Part shown: one piece after another, positions 8,408-15,805 of the stretch
Numbering within the stretch: position 1 is the stretch's first letter
How the letters are laid out: each line of letters starts with the position of its first letter
Virus record (IMG/VR): IMGVR_UViG_2531839666_000030
Coordinates: 1 to 19,672 of that record
Origin: a virus
Lineage: Duplodnaviria > Heunggongvirae > Uroviricota > Caudoviricetes
Length of the DNA: 19,672 nt
Reading direction: 5' to 3' (one strand)
Translations under genes and position numbers: made by a program
The notes under the pieces: generated by a model
What the model saw: the letters and a program-made list of their open reading frames with translations, nothing else
Database searches by the model: none
Told to the model about the DNA's origin: nothing

Positions 8408-8922
8408 TGTTCTTTAAAACATCAAACCCTTCCGCGCTGGCCGCGTGGAAAAAATATCAGCAGGACTGCCAGAAAGTTAAGGATGAGGCAAAACGCCTTG
8501 AGGCCGTGCTGAATGTTGCGTGCCGGTCGGTATTTGTATCCGGTATCAGTGGCTTTTGTTTTAAAGGGCTGCGCTTTATGGATGACAAATATCCTTTTCA
8601 TCGCGACTTATGGCGAAAACCGACTGCGTCGAATGGCTGGAGCTGCACACCGCGCACATCACGTATTCCCAAAGCCCTGCGCGTTGCCTCTGACGAACTT
8701 AACAGTCTGTGGCGTGAATATTCGCCCGTCACGTATGCCAGAACCGATGCCCTGTTGTTCTGGCTGGGCATTGACTTTTCAGCAATATTGCATGGTCCCG
8801 TGAAGTGGTTCTGCGTTGACGATGTTATTTACCTTCAGTGCGAAGATGATTCCGCAAAACGGAAAATGACCGAAATTCTGTCTGATGAGTTTTATGCTGC
8901 TGAAAAGCGAGTCAGGGGGTGA
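8407..8922 (+). CDS. hypothetical protein (171 aa)
   Basis: Start overlaps the previous stop by 1 nt. No recognised domain. Confidence 0.45.
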   Translation: MFFKTSNPSALAAWKKYQQDCQKVKDEAKRLEAVLNVACRSVFVSGISGFCFKGLRFMDDKYPFHRDLWRKPTASNGWSCTPRTSRIPKALRVASDELNSLWREYSPVTYARTDALLFWLGIDFSAILHGPVKWFCVDDVIYLQCEDDSAKRKMTEILSDEFYAAEKRVRG

Positions 8923-8925
8923 TGT

Positions 8926-9477
8926 ATGATGATTTTACAACCCATGGGGCGAAAAGGCCGTGCACCCGCTCATGTCCGTGCGTGGACACCTGAAGAAGAT
9001 GCACTGCTGATTGCGCTTTATCCATCCACCCCGGTTAAGGATATTGCTGTCAGGGTAAAAAGAAGTTTCTGGGGTGTACATAACCGGATTGTTTTATTAC
9101 GCGGTACTTACCCGGAGTTGCTCAAATGCAAACGTCCAAGATTTAAACATGATGAAGATAAATTTATCCGAAAAAATGCCAGAACGATGACCGGTAAGCA
9201 AATAGGAGAATATCTGGGGCGAGACCGGGATTCTGTCCACAAACGGGCGCGATATATTGGCGTAAGCATGAAAAAATACGGAGAGTTGCTGCCCTTCACC
9301 CGTATACCTGATGATGATGTTCATCTTATTCGTGAATTACGGGATGCTGAATCACCACGACGTCTTACCTTCCGGGAAATAGGCGAGAAATTTGAATTAT
9401 CCGAGAGTACGGTGAATTTTATTTATCACCATCGCCGGACTGCCGAGGACGCTGTATTACGGGAGTTAACGCCATGA
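8926..9477 (+). CDS. putative DNA-binding protein (Myb/SANT-like N-terminal segment, C-terminal HTH)
   Basis: 183 aa with AGGGGG Shine-Dalgarno 6-7 nt upstream. WTPEEDALLIALY...KDIAVRV...GVHNR looks Myb/SANT-like; LTFREIGEKFELSESTVNFIYHHRR resembles a sigma-70 region-4 / LuxR-type HTH. Pattern-level inference. Confidence 0.45.
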   Translation: MMILQPMGRKGRAPAHVRAWTPEEDALLIALYPSTPVKDIAVRVKRSFWGVHNRIVLLRGTYPELLKCKRPRFKHDEDKFIRKNARTMTGKQIGEYLGRDRDSVHKRARYIGVSMKKYGELLPFTRIPDDDVHLIRELRDAESPRRLTFREIGEKFELSESTVNFIYHHRRTAEDAVLRELTP

Positions 9478-9659
9478 TAAAGAGACTTGTATTTTTCGCA
9501 ATTTTCGTTCCGGTGTTGGGGGTTGGTTTTATATTTGCGATTACAGGAAACCTGTCCATGATGCCAGATATTTGGTTCTTTATCAGGATGTCGCTCTTCC
9601 TGTTTATTATGAATCTTCTTATCGACATATATATCCGTATTACTGGAAAACATAAATGA
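9474..9659 (+). CDS. small hydrophobic membrane protein (61 aa, two predicted TM helices)
   Basis: MIKRLVFFAIFVPVLGVGFIFAITG...IWFFIRMSLFLFIMNLLIDIYI contains two hydrophobic stretches. ATGA overlap with upstream stop. Gene is AT-rich. Confidence 0.5.
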   Translation: MIKRLVFFAIFVPVLGVGFIFAITGNLSMMPDIWFFIRMSLFLFIMNLLIDIYIRITGKHK

Positions 9660-10030
9660 GAAAAATCACGTCCTTGTCAGAGTTACAGGAGATGAATATG
9701 AGTATTGAATTAAGATCGTCTTATGAGTATCGCAAATTTCTTATCGCCGGAGGCATGAAACCGGAAGATGTGGAAAAAATCGTTTCTTTTATGGATAAGG
9801 AATGTGATAAGCGGGATGTGTCAGAAATTATTATGGATGACATGATTCTGGATTCAGTCGTAGCGTTAAGTCCGTTATGGATTGTGCATTCTCTTGCTGA
9901 AATTGCCAAAGGCACCGATAAACAGGCAGCTGTTGCTGCCCTTCAGACGCTTAATGAAATGCGTATATCTCCACGCCCGACATTAATACATATGATTCTG
10001 TCCAGCATGGAGGATAAAGCAAATGAATAG
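9656..10030 (+). CDS. hypothetical acidic protein (124 aa)
   Basis: ATGA overlap with previous gene; AT-rich; no recognised domain. Internal ATGs at codons 14 and 16 are alternative starts. Confidence 0.45.
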   Translation: MRKITSLSELQEMNMSIELRSSYEYRKFLIAGGMKPEDVEKIVSFMDKECDKRDVSEIIMDDMILDSVVALSPLWIVHSLAEIAKGTDKQAAVAALQTLNEMRISPRPTLIHMILSSMEDKANE

Positions 10031-10220
10031 TCTACCCGCTGGATGGGCGCGCCCTCTGATGGCTAAGAAGCATCATTTTTTTAAAACTGGCGATAATATC
10101 AGTATATGTAGGCGGTGGTTATATCTGGCTCATAATCGCGAGCCGGATACATTTGAAAGCCCTGATGACTGTGCCGAATGTCGCAGAAGACTGAATAAGG
10201 AGAAAGATAATGGACAGTAG
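10023..10220 (+). CDS. hypothetical small Cys-containing protein (65 aa), possible zinc-binding
   Basis: Overlaps previous gene by 8 nt. Contains ICRRW and DDCAECRRR (C...CxxC). Speculative. Confidence 0.35.
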   Translation: MNSLPAGWARPLMAKKHHFFKTGDNISICRRWLYLAHNREPDTFESPDDCAECRRRLNKEKDNGQ

Positions 10221-10506
10221 TTCGCAGTTGTTCTGGTGTTTATATATCACATCGTTTTTCGGTGCATTCGTCATTACACGATGGCTGTGCCGGAAAGTTA
10301 TCAGTATTTTTCATAAAAAATACCTGATTGGGCAGGCGGCGACTTCTCTGATTAATGCACTTGCCAGATATCATAAGGGGGAATACTACTCAAGAATAAA
10401 AACTGATGATGGTTTTAATATTTTTGTGATTCCTCCGGAGTATCGGGTTCAGCTCGATCGGGAAAGTAATATCTATCATATCAGCAGGAGTGTTGATACA
10501 GCATGA
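10210..10506 (+). CDS. hypothetical membrane-anchored protein (98 aa, N-terminal TM segment)
   Basis: N-terminal LFWCLYITSFFGAFVITRWL is hydrophobic. Overlaps neighbours at both ends. Confidence 0.45.
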   Translation: MDSSSQLFWCLYITSFFGAFVITRWLCRKVISIFHKKYLIGQAATSLINALARYHKGEYYSRIKTDDGFNIFVIPPEYRVQLDRESNIYHISRSVDTA

Positions 10507-11012
10507 GAGGGAAACTGATATCCGCTATTCATGTGGCAAAGCGCGAGCTTGCCCTGGATGATGAGACCTACACATTCGTACTACTGGCAGCCACCGGCAA
10601 AACCAGTTGCCGGGATATGTCACCCGGTGAGTTATCCCGCGTGCTGGATGTTTTCAAAAAACGCGGTTTTAAAGTGCGTCAGAAACCGGTTAACCGGGCC
10701 TTAAAACCGGGTACGGTGACCGCCAAAATTCGCGCCATCTGGAAAGTGATGCACCGGCAGGGCTTTATCTCTGATGGTGCGGAAACCGCTCTTAACCGCT
10801 GGGTGAAATCGCAGACGGCCGCGCAGAACGGCGGCGAAGGTGTGGCAAACTGGCAGTGGCTGGAGCAACACCCCGCCCTGGCCTCAGATGTGCTGGAGCG
10901 TCTCAAGCGATGGCACCGCCGCAAAATGCTGGCCGCGATGGGAATGCCCGAACGCACGCTGATGGGGTATGACGCCGTTTGCAGGCAGTATGAAAAATCA
11001 CTTCCCCGTTAA
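10503..11012 (+). CDS. gemA: GemA-like protein (Mu gp16 family, DUF1018-like)
   Basis: N-terminal KLISAIHVAKRELALDDETYTFVLLAATGKTSCRDMSPGELSRVLDVFKKRGF matches the conserved GemA/gp16 signature as recalled. Lies immediately upstream of mor as in Mu. Confidence 0.78.
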   Translation: MRGKLISAIHVAKRELALDDETYTFVLLAATGKTSCRDMSPGELSRVLDVFKKRGFKVRQKPVNRALKPGTVTAKIRAIWKVMHRQGFISDGAETALNRWVKSQTAAQNGGEGVANWQWLEQHPALASDVLERLKRWHRRKMLAAMGMPERTLMGYDAVCRQYEKSLPR

Positions 11013-11016
11013 CCCC

Positions 11017-11047
11017 AAATCCCGCCACAACGCGGGATTTTTATTTT
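11017..11047 (+). terminator. intrinsic (Rho-independent) terminator candidate between gemA and mor
   Basis: 9-bp stem AAATCCCGC (11017-11025) / GCGGGATTT (11032-11040), 6-nt loop CACAAC, followed by TTTTATTTT. Confidence 0.7.
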
Positions 11048-11081
11048 AAACTTACCGGGAACGCGAGAACCGGAGGCTGAT

Positions 11082-11507
11082 ATGGCAGAAACTCAGATGA
11101 GCATGTTTGGTGGTGACAGTGAGCAACTGCACGCCCTTATCGACCGCCTTGATGACATCCCTGATGATGTTCTCAAAAAGAACTGGCCGCGGACCCTGTC
11201 AGAACTGGTTGAAGTCACCGGCGCAGAACTTCAGCGTCAGGGGATTGAGCCGGTACTGGCCGGTAAACTGGCACGCAAGGTGGCTGCGGCTCAGGCAGCC
11301 TATATGGGCGGACGGGGTTATTACCTGCCGGTCGGGGAATCTCTCTTTGCCGAGCTGCGAAACAATGAGATATTTTCGCGCTGGGACCGGGGCGAGAAAA
11401 TTGAATCCCTTCGCCGCCATTACCGGATGTCAGAAACCCAGATTTATACCGTCATACGTGAACAGCGCCGTCTGCATCTGGCAAGAACGCAACCGCCACT
11501 TTTCTGA
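11082..11507 (+). CDS. mor: Mor/C-family transcriptional activator (middle/late gene activator)
   Basis: 141 aa. Acidic N-terminus and C-terminal GGRGYYLPVGESLFAELRNNEIFSRWDRG...SETQIYTVIREQRR parallel the Mu Mor/C fold (GGxxxYIP...HTH) as recalled. Sits between gemA and lys. Confidence 0.8.
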   Translation: MAETQMSMFGGDSEQLHALIDRLDDIPDDVLKKNWPRTLSELVEVTGAELQRQGIEPVLAGKLARKVAAAQAAYMGGRGYYLPVGESLFAELRNNEIFSRWDRGEKIESLRRHYRMSETQIYTVIREQRRLHLARTQPPLF

Positions 11508-11578
11508 TATTCCGCAAAGCCTGCCGCCTTTCCTTCACCGTTACGCTGACTCAGAGAACATCATGAGACAGCGTAACA

Positions 11579-12079
11579 ATGCCAAAACTCCCCGCACCAC
11601 TGCGTAAAAAGCTGATTGCCCTTGTTCTGGCCGGTGCCGGGACGTTCACGATTGCCACGCATTACACCGGTTACTGGGAAGGGAAAGAAAACTCCACGTA
11701 TATCGATCCCACCGGTACACCCACCATCTGTTACGGCCATACCGGCCCGGATGTGAAACCGGGTATGACCCTGACGGATGAAGAATGCCTGGAACTACTG
11801 GAAAAGGACATGAAATGGGCCTTTGCGGCCATTGATCGGCGTGTTCAGGTGCCGCTTACCCGTGGTCAGACGGTGGCGCTGGCTTCGTGGATCTTCTGGG
11901 CCGGTGAAACGAACTTCCGCAACTCCACGCTTCTGCGCCTGATCAATGCCGGGCAGATGCCCGCGTCCTGTAAGCAGTATATCCGCTGGATTTATTCAAA
12001 GGGGGTGAAACTCCCCGGCCTTGAGGCCCGCCGTTCGGCGGATGAATGGTTATGTCGCTACGACTTGCCGAAAGTCTGA
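11579..12079 (+). CDS. lys: endolysin, T4-lysozyme-like (GH24) with N-terminal SAR-type signal-anchor
   Basis: 166 aa. Gly/Ala-rich weakly hydrophobic N-terminus KKLIALVLAGAGTFTIAT, then catalytic-region motifs YWEGKENSTYIDPTGTPTICYGHTG (E...D...T triad) similar to Mu Lys as recalled. Confidence 0.88.
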   Translation: MPKLPAPLRKKLIALVLAGAGTFTIATHYTGYWEGKENSTYIDPTGTPTICYGHTGPDVKPGMTLTDEECLELLEKDMKWAFAAIDRRVQVPLTRGQTVALASWIFWAGETNFRNSTLLRLINAGQMPASCKQYIRWIYSKGVKLPGLEARRSADEWLCRYDLPKV

Positions 12080-12152
12080 ACCGCTTCTGGCGACCGCTCA
12101 TGATAGCGCTGCTGTGTGCGGTACTGCTGTTACGGGGTGTCCTGTGGCTGCG

Positions 12153-12542
12153 GTGAATAATGCCTTACCGGCCCTGATTGCCGGGGCGTGCATGGCGGCG
12201 CTGGGGATTATCGCTGTACTGGTTGCTGCGATATGGGGAATGCACCAGAAGACGCAGCGCCTTGAGGACAATAATCAGGTACTTGTACGTGAGCGGGATG
12301 AGGCGCGTCAGGTGCTGGCAAATCAGCAGCACACCCTGCAACTCATTTCACAAATCAGTGAGGCGGCCACGAATGAAAAGCAACAGAACATTCAGCACAC
12401 CGAGGAGCAACAGAGCGTTGTCCGCCGGTCGCTGGCAGCAGTGCCTGCTGCCTCTGCCCCTGTTCCTGATGATGTGGCTGATCGGGTGCGCCGGGCCGTC
12501 TGTGAAATACGTGCCTGTGAAGCCGGTGCCGATCCCCGCTGA
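12153..12542 (+). CDS. i-spanin (Rz-like inner-membrane spanin); start uncertain (GTG 12153, ATG 12192 or ATG 12042)
   Basis: N-terminal TM segment LPALIAGACMAALGIIAVLVAAIWG followed by a charged, Gln/Glu-rich predicted coiled coil. Immediately follows the endolysin and contains an embedded out-of-frame lipoprotein gene. Confidence 0.6.
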   Translation: MNNALPALIAGACMAALGIIAVLVAAIWGMHQKTQRLEDNNQVLVRERDEARQVLANQQHTLQLISQISEAATNEKQQNIQHTEEQQSVVRRSLAAVPAASAPVPDDVADRVRRAVCEIRACEAGADPR

Positions 12543-12744
12543 ATGGCTGGCTGACTGCCTGGTCCCTCCTGCGCCGGAGCCGTTCACGTTTGGGGCATCG
12601 GTCACTTACAACCTGCAACTGCTGGCGGTGATCAAGAACTGCAACGTGGACAAGGCCAGTATTCGTCGTCTGGAGGCGCGGCGACAACATGAATTTACTG
12701 ATATGGCCGGAACGCCTGCTGTTCCGGCAGGAAAGACGAAGTAA
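12373..12744 (+). CDS. o-spanin (Rz1-like outer-membrane lipoprotein), overlapping the i-spanin gene in the +1 frame
   Basis: Lipobox L-I-G-C after a hydrophobic stretch (LLPLPLFLMMWLIGC), then a proline-rich mature region CAGPSVKYVPVKPVPIPAEW...PPAPEP. Start may instead be the in-frame TTG near 12418, which is preceded by GAGGAG. Confidence 0.72.
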   Translation: MKSNRTFSTPRSNRALSAGRWQQCLLPLPLFLMMWLIGCAGPSVKYVPVKPVPIPAEWLADCLVPPAPEPFTFGASVTYNLQLLAVIKNCNVDKASIRRLEARRQHEFTDMAGTPAVPAGKTK

Positions 12745-12754
12745 GGAAAAAGGT

Positions 12755-12982
12755 ATGGATGATTCAGATCGTGCTCAGGCTGTGATGGAGCGGGGATCAG
12801 AACGCGCCCTTTGTAACCGGCTGACACGTAAGCGCCGGGCAATGGATGCTCCGGGCAGACGTGTCTGCGCGGACTGTGGCGGAGAGATCCCCGCCGCACG
12901 TCTTGTTGCTGTGCCGGATGCCATCCGTTGTGTGAACTGCCAGAACATCATGGAGGCCCGTCATGTGGGTCAGCATCGTTAA
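12755..12982 (+). CDS. TraR/DksA-family C4 zinc-finger protein
   Basis: 75 aa from ATG 12755, which has AAGGAAAAAGG upstream. C-terminal CADCGGEIPAARL...PDAIRCVNCQ is the CxxC-(17)-CxxC signature of the DksA/TraR zinc finger. Confidence 0.78.
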   Translation: MDDSDRAQAVMERGSERALCNRLTRKRRAMDAPGRRVCADCGGEIPAARLVAVPDAIRCVNCQNIMEARHVGQHR

Positions 12983-13274
12983 AGATTATGTTGTGCCGAT
13001 CCTTTCGGCGACGGCAACCGCTGGCGGGATATTCATGGCGCTGATGCGCAAAACGTTTGTCCCCCGCGAGGCCTTTGAAAAACTCTCCGACCGCGTTGAG
13101 AAGGTGGAAACCCGCCTGTCGTCACTGCCGACAGAAGCTGAGGTCAACCGTCTGAATGTGGAAATCGTGACCCTGCGGGGTGAACTGAAAACCACGAACG
13201 CCACGCTCCGCTCTGTCTCCTATCAGAACGAACTGCTGCTGGAGCAGGCTGTAAGGAAAAAAACGAATGAGTGA
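12963..13274 (+). CDS. single-pass membrane protein with coiled-coil (DUF2730-like); possible lysis-associated protein
   Basis: 103 aa. N-terminal TM VVPILSATATAGGIFMAL, then heptad-like region EKLSDRVEKVETRLSSLPTEAEVNRLNVEIVTLRGELK. GGAGG upstream of the ATG. Function inferred only from position after the lysis genes. Confidence 0.5.
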   Translation: MWVSIVKDYVVPILSATATAGGIFMALMRKTFVPREAFEKLSDRVEKVETRLSSLPTEAEVNRLNVEIVTLRGELKTTNATLRSVSYQNELLLEQAVRKKTNE

Positions 13275-13557
13275 TTTCATTACTGAAGATCAGCGTCTGG
13301 TCATTCTGCGGTCGCTGGCAGATTACAACGGTGAACTGGGTGAATCCGTGCTCCAGGACTGTCTGGATGATTACGGCCACCGCGTGTCCCGCGACACCGT
13401 TCACACCCACATTGCCTGGCTTGCCGAGCAGGGACTGGTGCGTAAGCGCACGCTCGTTAACGGTTATTTCATCGCGGAACTGACCGGCCGGGGGCAGGAT
13501 GTGGCGGAAGGCCGCGCCAGCGTTCCAGGTGTGAAGAAACCACGCGCAAGGGGGTAA
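13267..13557 (+). CDS. hypothetical protein (96 aa), position-equivalent to Mu gp26
   Basis: ORF with AAGGA Shine-Dalgarno; no recognised domain. Confidence 0.5.
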   Translation: MSDFITEDQRLVILRSLADYNGELGESVLQDCLDDYGHRVSRDTVHTHIAWLAEQGLVRKRTLVNGYFIAELTGRGQDVAEGRASVPGVKKPRARG

Positions 13558-13559
13558 CG

Positions 13560-14141
13560 ATGGACAAGCCGACGCGTGGACGCGTGCGCAAGGTGGATTT
13601 GCTCCCCGACAGCATCCGTAAGCCACTGCTGGAAATGCTGCGTGAAAAACGTCTGACGCAGGTCCAGATACGCGAGGAAATCAACCGTCTGATCCGTGAG
13701 GCGGGCCTGCCGGAAGAGCAGCAGCTTTCACCGGCGGCCATCAGCCGGGAAGCCTCCCGTAATGAGCTGATTGCCCGTAACCTGCGTGATTTACGCGAGC
13801 AGACAAAAGCCATGATGGCCGAACTGGGAGACAAGCCAACCGGTGAAACCACAGCGCTGATTCTGGAGATGTCCCGCGCCCTGATGTACCGCCGTCTGCG
13901 TGCCGCGACCGAATCCCTGAACAGTGACAGCGACGTGGATATGCGTCTTATTAAGGACATCCTCCTGTCAGCACAGCGTGCGGAAAGTGCCGCCGAGCGC
14001 AGCATTAAGCGTGAAAAAGAAATCCGGGCCGCATTTGCTGAAGAGATGGCAAACGCCGTCACCGACGAGCTGCGCGGCGTGGACGGGATGAGTGAACAGC
14101 TTGAGTCCCGTATTAAGGGGATTCTGTTGGGTAAAGCCTGA
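13560..14141 (+). CDS. Mu gp27 (D)-like protein, putative small terminase subunit
   Basis: 193 aa, highly charged and helical, directly upstream of and translationally coupled (TGATG) to the large terminase. Assigned by synteny with Mu D/gp27. Confidence 0.6.
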   Translation: MDKPTRGRVRKVDLLPDSIRKPLLEMLREKRLTQVQIREEINRLIREAGLPEEQQLSPAAISREASRNELIARNLRDLREQTKAMMAELGDKPTGETTALILEMSRALMYRRLRAATESLNSDSDVDMRLIKDILLSAQRAESAAERSIKREKEIRAAFAEEMANAVTDELRGVDGMSEQLESRIKGILLGKA

Positions 14142-15805
14142 TGAATAACGCCGAAGAACTCTCCCCCTTACTGACGAATACCGTCTCCACCCGCAAAATT
14201 GATCTGGCCGGTGAAAAAGCCCTGCTGGGCGTGGATGTGCCGGACAGCCTTGATTTGCCCGGTGATATGCCGGTATTTCTGGATTATCAGGCCCGCTGGT
14301 TTGAGGATGAAAGCGAGGTCTGCATCGCGGAAAAATCCCGCCGCACCGGGCTTACCTGGGCGGAAGCCGGGCGTAACGTCATTACCGCCGCAAAGCCTAA
14401 GCGGCGTGGTGGCCGCAATGTGTTTTATGTGGGGTCAAAGCAGGAGATGGCGCTGGAATATATTTCTGCCTGCGCACTGTTCTCCCGTGCCTTTAACCAG
14501 CTGGCAGATGCTGATGTGTATGAGCAGACCTTCTGGGATCGGGATAAAAAAGAAGAAATTCTGACCTACATGATCCGCTTTCCGAACAGTGGATTCAAAA
14601 TTCAGGCACTGTCTTCCCGTCCGTCAAACCTGCGCGGCCTTCAGGGGGATGTGGTGATTGATGAAGCCGCGTTCCACGAGTCACTGGATGAGCTTCTCAA
14701 GGCGGCAATGGCGCTTACCATGTGGGGCGCGCGCGTGCGTATTATCTCCACGCATAACGGCGTCGATAATCTGTTTAATCAGTACATTCAGGAAGCCCGC
14801 GAAGGGCGCAAGGATTACAGCGTCCACCGCATTACCCTGGATGATGCCATTGCGGACGGGCTGTACCGTCGTATCTGTTATGTCACCGGCCGCGAATGGT
14901 CACCGGAAAGCGAGCAGAAGTGGCGTGATGATCTCTACAAAAACGCCCCGACCCGTGAGGATGCCGACGAGGAATACGGCTGTATCCCGAAAAAATCCGG
15001 CGGTGCCTATATTCCTCACGCGCTTATTGAAATGGCGATGATCCGCGACATCCCGATTCTGACGTTTGAAGCCCCGGACGACTTCATCAGCCGTGCCGCA
15101 TGGCTGCGTGAATCGGAGGTTTTAACCTGGTGTGAAGAACATTTAAAACCGCTTTTAGAGGCGTTAAATTCCCGTTCCCGCTTCAGCTTCGGGGAAGACT
15201 TTGCCCGCACCGGAGACCTGTCCTGTTTTGTGCTGCTGGAAATCACTGAATCCCTGGCAAAACGCGAGGTGTTTCGCGTGGAGCTGCGCAACCTGCCGTA
15301 TGCCCAGCAGGAGCAGGTGATGATGTACATCCTGACCCGCGTTCCGGCGCTGGTCGGTGCGGCGTTCGACGCCACCGGTAACGGCGGCTATCTGGCCGAA
15401 GCCGCGCTGCTGGCCTTTGGCCCGGACATCATCGACTGCGTGATGTTATCGCCGAAGTGGTACGGCGAGTGGATGCCAAAACTGAAGGCCGAGTTTGAGG
15501 ATCAGAATATCCTCGTCGCCCGCCATCAGACCACGCTTGATGATTTGCGCCATGTGAAGGTGGTGAACGGTATCCCGCAAATCGACAAGGGGCGCACGAA
15601 GGACCAGAACGCAACGGCTGTGAACGCCCGCCGCCATGGCGATTTTGCCGTGGCGCTCTGTATGGCAAACCGGGCGTCATACATGGAGGGCTTCATCCTG
15701 GATGAATCAGCCTGTCAGGCGCTGCCGGAGCGGTCGCGGGCCATGGAGGGCGGTTATCGTGATGACGATGAGGCATATCATGAATTTGATCGGGGGTGCT
15801 GGTAG
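14141..15805 (+). CDS. terminase large subunit (Mu gp28/E-like)
   Basis: 554 aa. Walker-B-like VVIDEAAF and synteny (after gp27-like, before portal). Confidence 0.75.
   Translation: MNNAEELSPLLTNTVSTRKIDLAGEKALLGVDVPDSLDLPGDMPVFLDYQARWFEDESEVCIAEKSRRTGLTWAEAGRNVITAAKPKRRGGRNVFYVGSKQEMALEYISACALFSRAFNQLADADVYEQTFWDRDKKEEILTYMIRFPNSGFKIQALSSRPSNLRGLQGDVVIDEAAFHESLDELLKAAMALTMWGARVRIISTHNGVDNLFNQYIQEAREGRKDYSVHRITLDDAIADGLYRRICYVTGREWSPESEQKWRDDLYKNAPTREDADEEYGCIPKKSGGAYIPHALIEMAMIRDIPILTFEAPDDFISRAAWLRESEVLTWCEEHLKPLLEALNSRSRFSFGEDFARTGDLSCFVLLEITESLAKREVFRVELRNLPYAQQEQVMMYILTRVPALVGAAFDATGNGGYLAEAALLAFGPDIIDCVMLSPKWYGEWMPKLKAEFEDQNILVARHQTTLDDLRHVKVVNGIPQIDKGRTKDQNATAVNARRHGDFAVALCMANRASYMEGFILDESACQALPERSRAMEGGYRDDDEAYHEFDRGCW

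Noticed and set aside
11107-11607. 166-aa plus-strand ORF overlapping mor in another frame
   Set aside because: Alternative frame of the Mor/C gene with low-complexity Arg/Ser/Pro content; the Mor frame has the recognisable motifs.
13469-14062. 197-aa reverse-strand ORF rich in Arg/Ser
   Set aside because: Lies entirely antisense to the gp27-like gene; composition is typical of spurious antisense frames in GC-rich coding DNA and it has no ribosome-binding site.
14199-15041. Two internal ORFs (121 and 127 aa) within the large terminase gene
   Set aside because: Out-of-frame ORFs inside a well-supported 554-aa gene; Arg/Trp/Cys-rich translations look non-protein-like.
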